Source of the DNA: a virus
Lineage: Duplodnaviria > Caudoviricetes
DNA: 27,674 nucleotides
IMG/VR virus record: IMGVR_UViG_3300008255_000392
Span: 1-27,674 of that record
Direction: 5' to 3' (one strand)
Shown: in pieces, positions 1-9,045 of the stretch
Position numbering within the stretch: the first letter of the stretch is position 1
How the letters are laid out: the number at the start of each line of letters is the position of its first letter
Program-made: the position numbers and the translations under genes
Notes under the pieces: generated by a model
The model's database searches: none
What the model was told of the DNA's origin: nothing
Seen by the model: only the letters and a program-made list of their open reading frames with translations

Positions 1-65
1 GCAAGCGCCGCCTCGACGAGATGATCGAGACGGTCAAGCGGACACCCTTGAGGATCGCCCGATGA
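1..65 (+). CDS. 3' end of an upstream gene, possibly terminase small subunit (partial)
   Basis: The frame from position 3 reads KRRLDEMIETVKRTPLRIAR* and its TGA overlaps the next ATG (ATGA at 62-65). Identity inferred from position only. Confidence 0.4.
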   Translation, partial: KRRLDEMIETVKRTPLRIAR

Positions 66-781
66 CGCCCGAAGAACGCCAGGACCGCGCCGAGAACCGC
101 TTCCTGCTTCTCAACACGAAGCCCGCGGCCCGGAACTTCGAACTGTCCCTCTGCGCCGAGGATCCCGCCTACTGGATCTGGAACGATCAGCACTACGTCT
201 GGACCCGGGACGAATACGATCCCGTCTCCCCCGTCAAGCCCTTCCCGGACGAGCCCGGGCTCCGCAACCTGCTCGATGAAATTCACAACGGCCAACAGCA
301 GGTAACGTGCATCGGAAAGTCCCGGCAACTCACCGTCACCTGGCTCGTCGTCGCGTATTTCGTGTGGTGGGCCCGGTTCGTGCCAAACCAACTCCTGTTC
401 ATCCAGTCCAAGAAGGAGGAGGACGCCGCGAACCTCGTGTTCAACAAGGAAACCGGCATGGGCCGCGCCAGCTTCATCGAGGAAAACCTGCCGAAGTGGA
501 TGAAACAGAACGTCAGCCCGTCCTACGGGATCCTCCTGTACCCAAACGGCTCCAAACTCTGGGGCATCCCCCAAGGCGGGGACATTATCCGGTCGTACAC
601 CGGCTCGGGGCTATTCTCCGATGAGGCCGCCTTTCAACCCTTCTGCCGTGAGGCCTACCGAGCGGCGAAGGCGTGTTGCAGGAAGATGATCATGGTGTCC
701 TCTGCCGAGGGCGGATCGTTCTTCGGTCAACTGTCGGGGTTTGAACTCGATCAGGTGGGGACGTTCGGAGGCGCCGAATGA
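62..781 (+). CDS. Terminase large subunit, ATPase half
   Basis: Terminase-type Walker A region GKSRQLTVTW, Walker B LFSDEAAF, coupling motif MVSSA, YPNGSKLWG segment. Ends after the ATPase domain. Confidence 0.85.
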   Translation: MTPEERQDRAENRFLLLNTKPAARNFELSLCAEDPAYWIWNDQHYVWTRDEYDPVSPVKPFPDEPGLRNLLDEIHNGQQQVTCIGKSRQLTVTWLVVAYFVWWARFVPNQLLFIQSKKEEDAANLVFNKETGMGRASFIEENLPKWMKQNVSPSYGILLYPNGSKLWGIPQGGDIIRSYTGSGLFSDEAAFQPFCREAYRAAKACCRKMIMVSSAEGGSFFGQLSGFELDQVGTFGGAE

Positions 782-1653
782 CCAAGGGGATCCAGAAATG
801 GACGACTCCCTCCGGCATCCGGACGATCCGGCTCCACTACAGCGCCTTCCTCAAGCGGGATCCGGACACGGAACAGGGCCGCGCCTGGATGCAGAAGGCC
901 CTCGAAGGGTACGTCGGCGGAGCCGAGAACCCCGCCTGGAAGATGGAGCAGGAGATCGACTTCTCCATCCACTCCGGAGTGCCGATCTACAAGATCTTCC
1001 TCGAAAAGCACCACGTCGCGGCTCTGCCGCTCAAGCCCTTGAAGAACGTACCGATCATCCGGGGGTGGGATTACGGGCTTACTCCGGCCGTGGCACTCGC
1101 CCAACTCACCCCGCGGCCGCACCTGAACATCTTCCCGTCGATCTTCACGCCGCAGACGAACAGCGTGGGCATCAAGCGGTTCACCGAGCGGGTCATCGAA
1201 TACTGCAACGTCACCTATCCCGGCTTCCGGTTTATCGACTATGGGGATCCAGCAGGGGATCAGCGGGCCCAGACGGACGAGAGGACCTGCTTCGATATTC
1301 AGCGGGATTTCAAGGACCCGCAGGGATACCCCCTCGTGCAGGTCGAAGCGGGGGAGATCTCCTGGACCGGCCGGCACAAGGCGATGGAGGATGCCCTCCG
1401 CAGGATCGAGGACGACGGAGTGCCTTTCGTGCAGATCGACCCGCGGGAGCGGTTCCTTATCGGAGCTTTTAAGGGCGGGTACCGGAAGAAGAAGATCGCC
1501 AACAAGGAACTCTACCTGGACGAGCCCGAGAAGAACGAATATTCGCACCTGATGAACGCCCTCGAATACCTCGTCTCCCGGTTGCAGTACGGCCGGCCGA
1601 TGGTGCGGAAGAAGCCCGTCGAGGATAGCGTCGCGATGACCTACTCAGCGTAA
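778..1653 (+). CDS. Terminase large subunit, nuclease half (RNase H-like)
   Basis: WKMEQEIDF linker, IIRGWDYGLTPA (first catalytic Asp), YGDPAG, C-terminal KNEYSHLMNALEY. Own GGAGG RBS and ATGA overlap with the ATPase gene. Confidence 0.85.
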   Translation: MTKGIQKWTTPSGIRTIRLHYSAFLKRDPDTEQGRAWMQKALEGYVGGAENPAWKMEQEIDFSIHSGVPIYKIFLEKHHVAALPLKPLKNVPIIRGWDYGLTPAVALAQLTPRPHLNIFPSIFTPQTNSVGIKRFTERVIEYCNVTYPGFRFIDYGDPAGDQRAQTDERTCFDIQRDFKDPQGYPLVQVEAGEISWTGRHKAMEDALRRIEDDGVPFVQIDPRERFLIGAFKGGYRKKKIANKELYLDEPEKNEYSHLMNALEYLVSRLQYGRPMVRKKPVEDSVAMTYSA

Positions 1654-1663
1654 GGAGGATCGA

Positions 1664-1846
1664 ATGTGGCCCTTTGACGGAAAGAAGATCGAACCGAAGC
1701 CAACCGAGTTGGTGGGTTTCCAACGGATCCCCAAGGACGGCCGCACCAACACGGGATTCGTCAAACCCAAGAACGGGACGATGGGCAACCAGAACATGAA
1801 CAAGATGATGAAACAGATCGAGGACGACGAGAAGGCGCGGAGGTAG
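1664..1846 (+). CDS. Small hypothetical protein (60 aa)
   Basis: AAGGAGG RBS directly after the terminase stop; fills the gap to the next gene; GC-rich third codon positions. Confidence 0.65.
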   Translation: MWPFDGKKIEPKPTELVGFQRIPKDGRTNTGFVKPKNGTMGNQNMNKMMKQIEDDEKARR

Positions 1847-1849
1847 GCC

Positions 1850-2269
1850 ATGACGACCATCATGAAGCCCGCCTACACCACCATGTCAGCGAATATTGCG
1901 GCGACCGGCTTCTCGACCCTGGCATCGGCCGCGATCCACACGAGCAACGCCGTCGATAATTCCGCGAACCTCTACCAGGACTATCTGATCGAGGTGAACG
2001 CGGGCGGGACGGCGGCGGCTACGTCATGGCTCGACGTCCGGGCGGCCATCTGCGAGGACGGAACGAACTATGGTACCTGGGAATCGGCGATTCCGCTCGG
2101 GATCATCAACTTCTCCGTACAGCCCCAGAAGGCGCATTTTTCCCTCTGTGGCCACGGGGGACTGTTCCAAGCGCCTCAAAGGTTCAAGATCATGGTTCAA
2201 AACAACTCCGGTGCGGCCCTTACGTCAGGTACGATCTACTGGCAGGGCATCCAGATTCAGAGCGTGTGA
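1850..2269 (+). CDS. Hypothetical beta-rich virion-associated protein
   Basis: GGAGG RBS; 139 aa, Ala/Thr/Ser-rich with alternating beta-strand pattern; directly precedes the LamG gene. Confidence 0.6.
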   Translation: MTTIMKPAYTTMSANIAATGFSTLASAAIHTSNAVDNSANLYQDYLIEVNAGGTAAATSWLDVRAAICEDGTNYGTWESAIPLGIINFSVQPQKAHFSLCGHGGLFQAPQRFKIMVQNNSGAALTSGTIYWQGIQIQSV

Positions 2270-2270
2270 C

Positions 2271-3098
2271 GTGATCCCTCACGCCCCGGAATCCCACGTT
2301 CGGACGGTACTCCGGATGCACCCGGCAATGGTAGGACATTACCCGTTGCGATCCGGAATCCCCACGGTGGATATTTCTGGAAAAGGGCAAACCGGCACGA
2401 TCACCTTGATGAATCCAAACCGCGGGAAGTATGACCGGGAACCTGGACTCTACGGCGCATGGGACGACACCCATGAGGCGTGGTTCGATTCCAATATCGC
2501 AACGATCCTTCAAGCCTTTACCATGGGAGGGTGGGCTTTCTGTCTTGGTAAAGCAGATGGTTCCAATGAATTATGGAGTAAGCGACAGTATTATTCTTCG
2601 GCGCATGCCGAATTTCCTTTTGCCATTTATCTCGACGCGGCCGCAACTTCCATCAGTTATATGTTGGATTCAGGAAATGATTACACGCCAGATCATCGTA
2701 TTACAACTGCCATCCCAGGTGGGTTAAAAGACCGTTGGTTCTTTTACTGCCTCACAAGGAACGGCAACAATAACATTCTCAACATCAACGGCATCCCTGT
2801 GGTTGTGTCCTCCTGGGCGGGAACTATGGCGGCCGGAAACAAAACGAAATATCGCTTTGGGTCCCCGAATGGAAATGGTCCAGGACAATACACGGCATCC
2901 TTCAATGGATATTTTGGGGAACATTTCATCATGAACGTCGGGATCGACCAGACACAAATAGCCCATATCTACCGTCAAACAAGAAATCGCTACCTAACAA
3001 GGGGCGCCTACATCCTCGATTCAACTCCTGCCGCAGGTGGTGAATCGGCCGTTCCGGTGTTCCAGTCAAACTACTCCCGCAGGAGAAGGGCGGCGTAG
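2271..3098 (+). CDS. LamG / concanavalin A-like lectin domain protein (probable virion accessory)
   Basis: GTG start right after the previous stop. LamG-type motifs FTMGGW, WFFYCLTRNG..ILNING, FNGYFGEHFIMN..IDQTQIAHIY. Confidence 0.75.
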   Translation: MIPHAPESHVRTVLRMHPAMVGHYPLRSGIPTVDISGKGQTGTITLMNPNRGKYDREPGLYGAWDDTHEAWFDSNIATILQAFTMGGWAFCLGKADGSNELWSKRQYYSSAHAEFPFAIYLDAAATSISYMLDSGNDYTPDHRITTAIPGGLKDRWFFYCLTRNGNNNILNINGIPVVVSSWAGTMAAGNKTKYRFGSPNGNGPGQYTASFNGYFGEHFIMNVGIDQTQIAHIYRQTRNRYLTRGAYILDSTPAAGGESAVPVFQSNYSRRRRAA

Positions 3099-3800
3099 AT
3101 GAAATATCTGAAAGCAGGGACGGCCGCGGTCATCCTCATGGGGCCTGCCGTCGACAAGACGGATGGCGTCACGGCAGAGACGGCCCTCACCCCGACCGTC
3201 TACCTCTCGAAAAACGGGGGAGCCCAGGCGGCCCGAAACGACGCGACAGCGATCACCCATGACGCCCGCGGGTACTACCTCGTCACGTTAAATGCCACGG
3301 ACACCAACACGGCCGGCAGGCTTCGGGCCTTGTTCTCGTCGGACGCCGATCATCTTCCCGTCTGGGAGGATTACACCGTCCTGCCTGCCCAGGTCTACGA
3401 CTCGATCATCGCGGGAACGGACAAACTCGACGTCGCCGTGACCGAACAGGCGAATATCGACTTCGGTGCCTTGCAGAAGGCGTCCCTCGACGCCGCAACC
3501 CCCGCCTCGGTGGGATCCGTAACGGCCGGCGTCACCCTCGCGGCCGATGCCTTGGACGCCGCTTCCCTCAAGGCAGACGCGATCGCGGAGATCGTCGCCG
3601 CGGTACTGGCCGCCCAGGTAGAAACCGAAGGCACCTACACCGTCCAACAGGTCCTCTCGATCACCCTGGCGGTCCTGGCCGGCGTGACGGCAAACGGCGG
3701 GGCCTCCCTCAAGACGCCGAACGGCATCGCGGTCCGTGTCGCCGCGACCATCAACACTTCCTCGGAGCGTACAGCGATGACGCTGACGCCGAGCGCGTAG
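3099..3800 (+). CDS. Hypothetical virion structural protein
   Basis: ATG directly after the TAG of the LamG gene. Ala/Thr-rich, with GYYLVTLNATDTNTAG and a C-terminal LAVLAG...RVAATINTSSERTAMTL module resembling phage structural proteins. Confidence 0.6.
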   Translation: MKYLKAGTAAVILMGPAVDKTDGVTAETALTPTVYLSKNGGAQAARNDATAITHDARGYYLVTLNATDTNTAGRLRALFSSDADHLPVWEDYTVLPAQVYDSIIAGTDKLDVAVTEQANIDFGALQKASLDAATPASVGSVTAGVTLAADALDAASLKADAIAEIVAAVLAAQVETEGTYTVQQVLSITLAVLAGVTANGGASLKTPNGIAVRVAATINTSSERTAMTLTPSA

Positions 3801-3810
3801 GAGACCGACG

Positions 3811-4278
3811 ATGGAAAAGATCGACTTCCTGGCACGTCAGCCGAAGCAAACCCTCTTGGGAACGCCCTGGCAGAAGGATCCCTTCGATTGCCGTCATACC
3901 CTCATGGAATTCAAGGGTACGGCTTTCGTGGATGGACTCCATTCCCATCAGATCGTGCAACTCTTCCAATGCCAGGATTGCGGGCTCGTTCATAAGGTCC
4001 CTCGGTCGGTGAAGGAAGCCGGAGTCTCCGGCGCTGTGGATATTGACGACCCGCGCGTGAAACGCACCCTGCGCCTCACGCCCTCCGTCGTCTCCCGCCT
4101 GTTCCCGTTCAAGGAGGGCAGGGGAGGCACGAAGGAATGCATGGAGATCTTCCAGGTCCCGAGATCCTGGGGTGCCCCCCGCAGGGGTGCCCCCCGCAGG
4201 GGTGCCCCCCGCAGGGATGCCCCCCGCAGGGATGCCCCCCGCAGGGGTGCCCCCCGCAGGGGAGGGACCCGGGGATGA
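3811..4278 (+). CDS. Hypothetical protein with possible Zn-binding motif and GAPRR repeat tail
   Basis: AGGAG RBS; CRH...CQDC motif; C-terminus encoded by a 15-bp tandem repeat; stop overlaps the portal ATG. Confidence 0.55.
   Translation: MEKIDFLARQPKQTLLGTPWQKDPFDCRHTLMEFKGTAFVDGLHSHQIVQLFQCQDCGLVHKVPRSVKEAGVSGAVDIDDPRVKRTLRLTPSVVSRLFPFKEGRGGTKECMEIFQVPRSWGAPRRGAPRRGAPRRDAPRRDAPRRGAPRRGGTRG
4169..4258 (+). repeat. 15-bp tandem repeat GGG(G/A)TGCCCCCCGCA x6
   Basis: Directly visible; encodes (G/D)APRR in the 3811-4278 frame. Confidence 0.95.
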
Positions 4279-6251
4279 CGAATCAAGAGGTCGTTGACTT
4301 CCTGAACGCCGCTCTCAAGGAATCCGCGGATACCTTCGGCGGCTTCCGGAAGGTCATGACCGAGTGCTACGACCGCTATCGGTCGTTCCGCGACTACTCG
4401 AAGAAGAAGTCCTGGCAACACAAGATCGTCGTTCCGTCCGTCTATCCCGCCATCAAGGGCGCCTCCGGACTTCTGAAACGGATCCTGATGAAAACCCCGG
4501 AATTCTTCGAATTCGTCCCGGAGCGTCAGGACAACGCCCCGCAACAGATGGATCCTGTGACCGGCCAGCCGATCGAGGACCAGATGGACAACTTCGCCCG
4601 GGCCTTCACCCGCAAGGTCCGATTCCACCTGGACGAGGCTGATTTCATCGAGGCATTTGAAGAAGGAGTCGAATCCGCTCTGGCCGTCATGATCGGCGTC
4701 CTCCGGTTCACCCCGCAGAACGTCGAGGACAACAAGGTGATCTGGGGACCGATCCCCGTCATGGATCCCGCAACGGGGAAAGCCGTCCTCGACCCTATCA
4801 CAGGGGAGCCCGTCGCCTCGAAGTTCGATTTCGTGAAGGAGACGACCCAGCGGGCGAAATTGAAATGCACCGTCGTCAACCCGCTCCTGATGCACTTCCC
4901 CCTCGATCGCTCCTGGATCGTCGAGGAAACCCGGGTCCAACTCTATGAACTGCTCGAAAACGCCGAGCAGATCCCCTGGGAGAAGAAGGAACTCAACCGC
5001 CTGAAACGGGAGGATTACGAATCAGCCGCCCGGACCTCGGCCGACATTGAACGCCTCGCCATGCTCAAGATCGCCGAGCCCAAGAACCGCTTTCGGAAGG
5101 AAGTCGTCCTGCACACCTTCTGGGGAACGGTGACGGACCAAAAAGGGAACGTCATCGTCAAGGACGGCCGGTTCATCGTCGCCAATCAGAAGTACCTGCT
5201 CCTGAAACCCTCGCCCTCCCCCTACTGGCTCCGGAAACACCCGTATGTGTTCATCAGCCCGCTGAAAGTCCTGTTCCAATGCATCGGCGCCGGCATGATC
5301 GACGGCATCCGGCCGATCATCAACGCCCTCGACAACCTCATCAACATCGCGGGCGACAAGGCTCTGTTCGCGCTTCTGTCGCCGTCCGAAGTGAACGTCG
5401 ATGCCCTGAAAGACCCGCAACAGGCCGAAGGCGGCTTGACCCCGGGGAAGTTGTTCAAGACCAAGGGACCGCTCGGCCAAGCCCTTCGCCAACTCACGGC
5501 CGCGGATATTCCGCAGGGAACCTTCGTCCTCGCGGATTTCCTGAAAAACAGCGTCCAGAATTATACCGGATGGACGGAATTCATTCAGGGAATGCCGACG
5601 AACAAGGGCAAGGTCACCGCCACGGAAGTCAACCGGAAAACCGAGGCGTCCTCCATGTCCTTCGAGAACATCGCGGCGTCGATCGAGAAGGGCGGCGTCC
5701 TCGAGTCCATCGAAGTCGCCCGGGACTTGACCGTGCAGTATTTCATGGACCCGCTCTTAAATCCAGAAACCATCGACATTTTCAAGCAGGAGGGCCTCGA
5801 CTTAAATGCACTCCCCGAGGCCGAGAAGTACGCTTTTCTGAACAAGCGGTATCCGATCAAGGCGAAGGGGCTGACGGCCTTCTTCGACCAGGAGAAGGAA
5901 CGCCAAGATCTCCTGGGACTGATCGAAGTGTTCTCCAAGGTCCCCGCCCTCGTTCAACACCTGAATATCGAGGAATTCCTCAAGCGGATCCTCCAATCGT
6001 TCGAATGGCAGAACCCCGACTTGCTCATCCTCCGCGGCCCCATGCCTCTCCCGGGCGCCGTGGATCCCGTCACAGGTCAACCGTTGCCGGCCGGCGCGAC
6101 GACGGGTATGCCCCCCGCAGGTATGCCCCCTGCAGGTATGCCCCCCGCAGGGGTGCCCCCCGCAGGGGCGCCCATGCCGCAAGAGGGACCGATGGATCCG
6201 AACGTCGTCATGGAAATGCTCAAGGCCGCAGGAAGCAAATTCAGCCAGTAA
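4275..6251 (+). CDS. Portal protein (P22/podovirus-like)
   Basis: About 658 aa from the ATG at 4275 (GGAGG RBS, ATGA overlap). Lies between terminase and scaffold/capsid. Motifs HPYV..SP...F..IGAGMID.IRP, TATEV, repeated DPxTG loops, Pro/Met-rich C-terminus. Confidence 0.85.
   Translation: MTNQEVVDFLNAALKESADTFGGFRKVMTECYDRYRSFRDYSKKKSWQHKIVVPSVYPAIKGASGLLKRILMKTPEFFEFVPERQDNAPQQMDPVTGQPIEDQMDNFARAFTRKVRFHLDEADFIEAFEEGVESALAVMIGVLRFTPQNVEDNKVIWGPIPVMDPATGKAVLDPITGEPVASKFDFVKETTQRAKLKCTVVNPLLMHFPLDRSWIVEETRVQLYELLENAEQIPWEKKELNRLKREDYESAARTSADIERLAMLKIAEPKNRFRKEVVLHTFWGTVTDQKGNVIVKDGRFIVANQKYLLLKPSPSPYWLRKHPYVFISPLKVLFQCIGAGMIDGIRPIINALDNLINIAGDKALFALLSPSEVNVDALKDPQQAEGGLTPGKLFKTKGPLGQALRQLTAADIPQGTFVLADFLKNSVQNYTGWTEFIQGMPTNKGKVTATEVNRKTEASSMSFENIAASIEKGGVLESIEVARDLTVQYFMDPLLNPETIDIFKQEGLDLNALPEAEKYAFLNKRYPIKAKGLTAFFDQEKERQDLLGLIEVFSKVPALVQHLNIEEFLKRILQSFEWQNPDLLILRGPMPLPGAVDPVTGQPLPAGATTGMPPAGMPPAGMPPAGVPPAGAPMPQEGPMDPNVVMEMLKAAGSKFSQ
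6105..6164 (+). repeat. 15-bp tandem repeat GG(TA/GG)TGCCCCC(C/T)GCA x4
   Basis: Directly visible; encodes G(M/V)PPA in the portal C-terminus; the last unit is identical to the 4169 unit. Confidence 0.9.
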
Positions 6252-6263
6252 GGGGGGAAGGGA

Positions 6264-6563
6264 ATGGATCAGATCGAAAGGGAGTTGGCGTTGCAGTTCC
6301 GGATCCAGAGGGGACAAGCGGTAAAGGATTTGCTCGCGTCTTCCGCCTGGACGGAGCACATCTCGAAGTACCTCACCGTTCAGAAGAAGTTGGCAATCAC
6401 CAAGTCCTACCAGGTTCTCGGGAGCGAAGCGGAAGTCGCGTTCTGCCTCGGCGGCCACGCCGCGCTCGAGGCCTTCGAGGACGCCCTGAAAACCACCGTA
6501 CAAGACATCGACCTCACGTTGGACGACCTGCCGGAGGATTCCTCTCCGGACATTACGCAGTAG
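6264..6563 (+). CDS. Small helical protein between portal and scaffold
   Basis: Purine-rich RBS, 99 aa, acidic C-terminus; slot often filled by a small protein in podovirus head modules. Confidence 0.7.
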   Translation: MDQIERELALQFRIQRGQAVKDLLASSAWTEHISKYLTVQKKLAITKSYQVLGSEAEVAFCLGGHAALEAFEDALKTTVQDIDLTLDDLPEDSSPDITQ

Positions 6564-6579
6564 GGAGGACAGAGGACAA

Positions 6580-7596
6580 ATGTTCAAAAACCTTCTACTC
6601 ACCCTGGCCGAGCCCGGGTCAGAAGGTGGCTCCGGGGGGGGTGGCACTCCCACGGAATCAGGACCTCCACCGTTGCCGTCTGCTTCCGCTCGGGAACGCA
6701 TCTATGAACACGCCGATGCGTCCCCGAATTCCGGAACCGATGGCACAGAAGCCCCACCCGCGGCCCCCGAGGCCACGCCCAAGCCCCCGGCAGGACTGCC
6801 GTCCACAGGACTGCCGTCCACAGGACTGCCGTCCGCAGGACTGCCGTCCGCAGGACTGCCGTCCGCAGGACTGCCATCCGCAGGACCGGATTCGGCGAAG
6901 GCGAAGGACTCGGATTCGGCTCCGGCGAAGGGTGAAGGAACACTGGACCCCGTTGCGGAGAAGCGGGTGAAGGACGCACAGGCGGCTTTCACGAAAGGCC
7001 AACAGGACCTTGCGGCCGAACGGAAGGCGCGCAAGGAAGCGGAGGCCAAAATCGCCAAGGTGTCGAAGTACGTCGATATGGAAAAACTCGACGCCCACGA
7101 CGCCGAGGAATTGGACAAGGAACTGGATCAGCCGGTAACGAAGCGGGACCTCGAAGCCCTCAAGGCCGCCTCGCCTCCTACGGAAGATGCCCCCTCGGCA
7201 TCCACGTTGGATTCCGAAACCCGGCAGAAGTTCCTCGACGATTACTACACGAAGAACGCCCACGTCAAGCCGTATGCGGATTCAGGAGAGGCATACGGGG
7301 TGTTCCTCAAGGCGGCCGAACGCCTGGGTCCGGAGATCGCGGGCCTGTCCGAACTCGATCAACTCGCAAAGATCGGTGAGGCCGTTTCGAGTTACTTCCG
7401 GACTAAGGACGCGGAACGGGAGAAAGCGATTGCGGAACGGCTGAACACCAAGCGGTCCAACATCAGCGTCGGCGGGGGCCTGGATTCAGCGGGCGCCCCG
7501 GGAACCGGGGAAGCCGAGGACGTGGGCGACGATCCGGCCGCGGAAGTCGCGCACCGGAAAGCCGCGCAAAGCCGCGCCCTCCGGCCGACCCTCTAA
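6580..7596 (+). CDS. Capsid scaffolding protein (putative)
   Basis: Immediately upstream of the capsid gene; acidic, low-complexity N-terminus; coiled-coil KRVKDAQAAFTKGQQDLAAERK; basic C-terminal end. Confidence 0.7.
   Translation: MFKNLLLTLAEPGSEGGSGGGGTPTESGPPPLPSASARERIYEHADASPNSGTDGTEAPPAAPEATPKPPAGLPSTGLPSTGLPSAGLPSAGLPSAGLPSAGPDSAKAKDSDSAPAKGEGTLDPVAEKRVKDAQAAFTKGQQDLAAERKARKEAEAKIAKVSKYVDMEKLDAHDAEELDKELDQPVTKRDLEALKAASPPTEDAPSASTLDSETRQKFLDDYYTKNAHVKPYADSGEAYGVFLKAAERLGPEIAGLSELDQLAKIGEAVSSYFRTKDAEREKAIAERLNTKRSNISVGGGLDSAGAPGTGEAEDVGDDPAAEVAHRKAAQSRALRPTL
6793..6882 (+). repeat. 15-bp tandem repeat GGACTGCC(G/A)TCC(A/G)CA x6
   Basis: Directly visible; encodes GLPS(T/A) in the scaffold. 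Confidence 0.95.
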
Positions 7597-7624
7597 CGAC
7601 CTCAAGGAGGCCAATGGAAAAATA

Positions 7625-8539
7625 ATGCCGATCGCTTCCAACTGGGTCAGCCAGGGATCCTACCTGGCGAATCCCAAACTCAGCCGTACCACCCGCCACG
7701 CGGCGCAAGCGGAGATGGTCTTCCGTCAGTACGCCGACGTGCAGGAGGAATTCGGCAAAGGCAAGGGCGATTCCTGGAACTTCGACCGGTGGGGGAATAT
7801 CTCCACCAAGGGCGGGAAATTGGTGGAAACCGCCACCATGCCGCGCCGCTCCCACACCCCGTACAAGGGGACAGGATCCGTCGATGAGTACGGCAACGGC
7901 CACGCCTACACGGGGAAACTCGAGGCCCTGTCGCAGTTCGACGAGTCCCAGAAGATCAACCGCATTCTGAAAAACGACATGGTGGACGTGATGGATTGCG
8001 AGGTCGAGGCGGAATTCGCCAAGACCAAGATCGTGTACGTCGCGTCCTCGGCTTCGGCCTACAACATCTACACCGACGCAACGCCGGTGGAGACCTGCTC
8101 CGTGTCGTTCGACGACTTCCACGCGAAAAACATCGTGGATTACCTGTACCAGACGATGAAGGCGGCGAAGTTCTCGGGCGGGTTCTACCACGGAATCCTC
8201 TCCACCCAGGCGGCCCGGGGGTTGCACGACAAACTCCAGGCCATCTGGCAGTACACGAAGTACCCCGTCAACGGCGAGATCGGGTCGTACTACCAGACGC
8301 GGTTCTCCCGTTCCAACAACGCCTTATCCAACGCCCAGGGAATCTCCGCGGCGTGGGGCGAGGCGTACATCTTCGGCGCCGATACGGTCATGGAAGCGAT
8401 CGTGATTCCCGAGGAGATTCGTTATGAAGTCAAGGACGTGGGCCGCGACAAGATGATCGCGTGGTACGCGCTCCTGGGCTTCAAGATCTTCTGGGCCGGC
8501 GATCCGGACAACTCGATCGTCAAGTTCGGAGGTGCCTAA
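7625..8539 (+). CDS. Major capsid protein (N4-gp56-like, HK97 fold)
   Basis: 304 aa; motifs FRQYADV..GKGKGDS, EYGN, GEIG, EEIR..DVGRDKMIAWYALLGF; AAGGAGG upstream; very biased codon usage. Confidence 0.85.
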   Translation: MPIASNWVSQGSYLANPKLSRTTRHAAQAEMVFRQYADVQEEFGKGKGDSWNFDRWGNISTKGGKLVETATMPRRSHTPYKGTGSVDEYGNGHAYTGKLEALSQFDESQKINRILKNDMVDVMDCEVEAEFAKTKIVYVASSASAYNIYTDATPVETCSVSFDDFHAKNIVDYLYQTMKAAKFSGGFYHGILSTQAARGLHDKLQAIWQYTKYPVNGEIGSYYQTRFSRSNNALSNAQGISAAWGEAYIFGADTVMEAIVIPEEIRYEVKDVGRDKMIAWYALLGFKIFWAGDPDNSIVKFGGA

Positions 8540-8984
8540 TATGGACGCTCAAGGACGGTCCTACTCGGCGTTCGGGCACCAGCAACTCATCAACCTGGGC
8601 CATGACGTTAACCTCTTGGTCAACGACGGCATCAACGCCGCAACAGTGGCCATCACCGGCACCATCTTCAAGATCCCCTCTACCTGGAACGGGGTCCTGA
8701 AGTCCGTCTCCGCGTACATCAAGACGGGCGGGACGGTCGCTTCGGCCGGCCACGTCGGGCTCATCCAACGGTCCCTCGCCGGGACCGGCGCCTACGCTTC
8801 GATCGGAACCCTCTCCTTCCTCGGGACCCACGCCGATGGCGCCGTTCTGGCCGGGGCGGTGGATTCCTCCGTCACCGTCCTGGGCGGCGATATCCTGCGT
8901 CTCGCGGTGGGCGCGGGAACGAACTTGCAGACGCTCACCGTCACCGTCACGGCCGCGTTCCAGGAAGCGTTCATCTCCGCGTAA
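8532..8984 (+). CDS. Putative capsid decoration/cement protein
   Basis: Overlaps the capsid stop, GGAGG RBS, 150 aa, Gly/Ala/Thr/Val-rich beta composition, upstream of the hairpin. Function inferred from position. Confidence 0.55.
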   Translation: MPNMDAQGRSYSAFGHQQLINLGHDVNLLVNDGINAATVAITGTIFKIPSTWNGVLKSVSAYIKTGGTVASAGHVGLIQRSLAGTGAYASIGTLSFLGTHADGAVLAGAVDSSVTVLGGDILRLAVGAGTNLQTLTVTVTAAFQEAFISA

Positions 8985-9007
8985 GCGGGGAAAACACAGC
9001 AACTACC

Positions 9008-9036
9008 GGGCGGGGGAGCACTCCCCCGCCCACCTT
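9008..9036 (+). terminator. GC-rich hairpin after the capsid/decoration genes (weak terminator or mRNA-stabilising stem)
   Basis: Perfect inverted repeat GGGCGGGGGAG-CA-CTCCCCCGCCC followed only by ACCTT (poor U-tract). Confidence 0.6.
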
Positions 9037-9045
9037 GGGAGTCGC

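Noticed and set aside
2271-3098. Diversity-generating retroelement target in the lectin or fibre genes
   Set aside because: No reverse transcriptase and no template/variable repeat pair seen in the window.
4137-4274. GCPPQ-repeat N-terminal extension of the portal
   Set aside because: This is the repeat read in another frame. The ATG at 4275 has a GGAGG SD and an ATGA overlap, so it is the better start. The track's starts at 2070, 8836, 9734, 10177, 11865, 17224 and 17904 were trimmed on similar grounds.
4169-6882. Tandem repeats as a CRISPR array
   Set aside because: Units are 15 bp, head-to-tail without spacers, and lie within coding frames; no cas genes.
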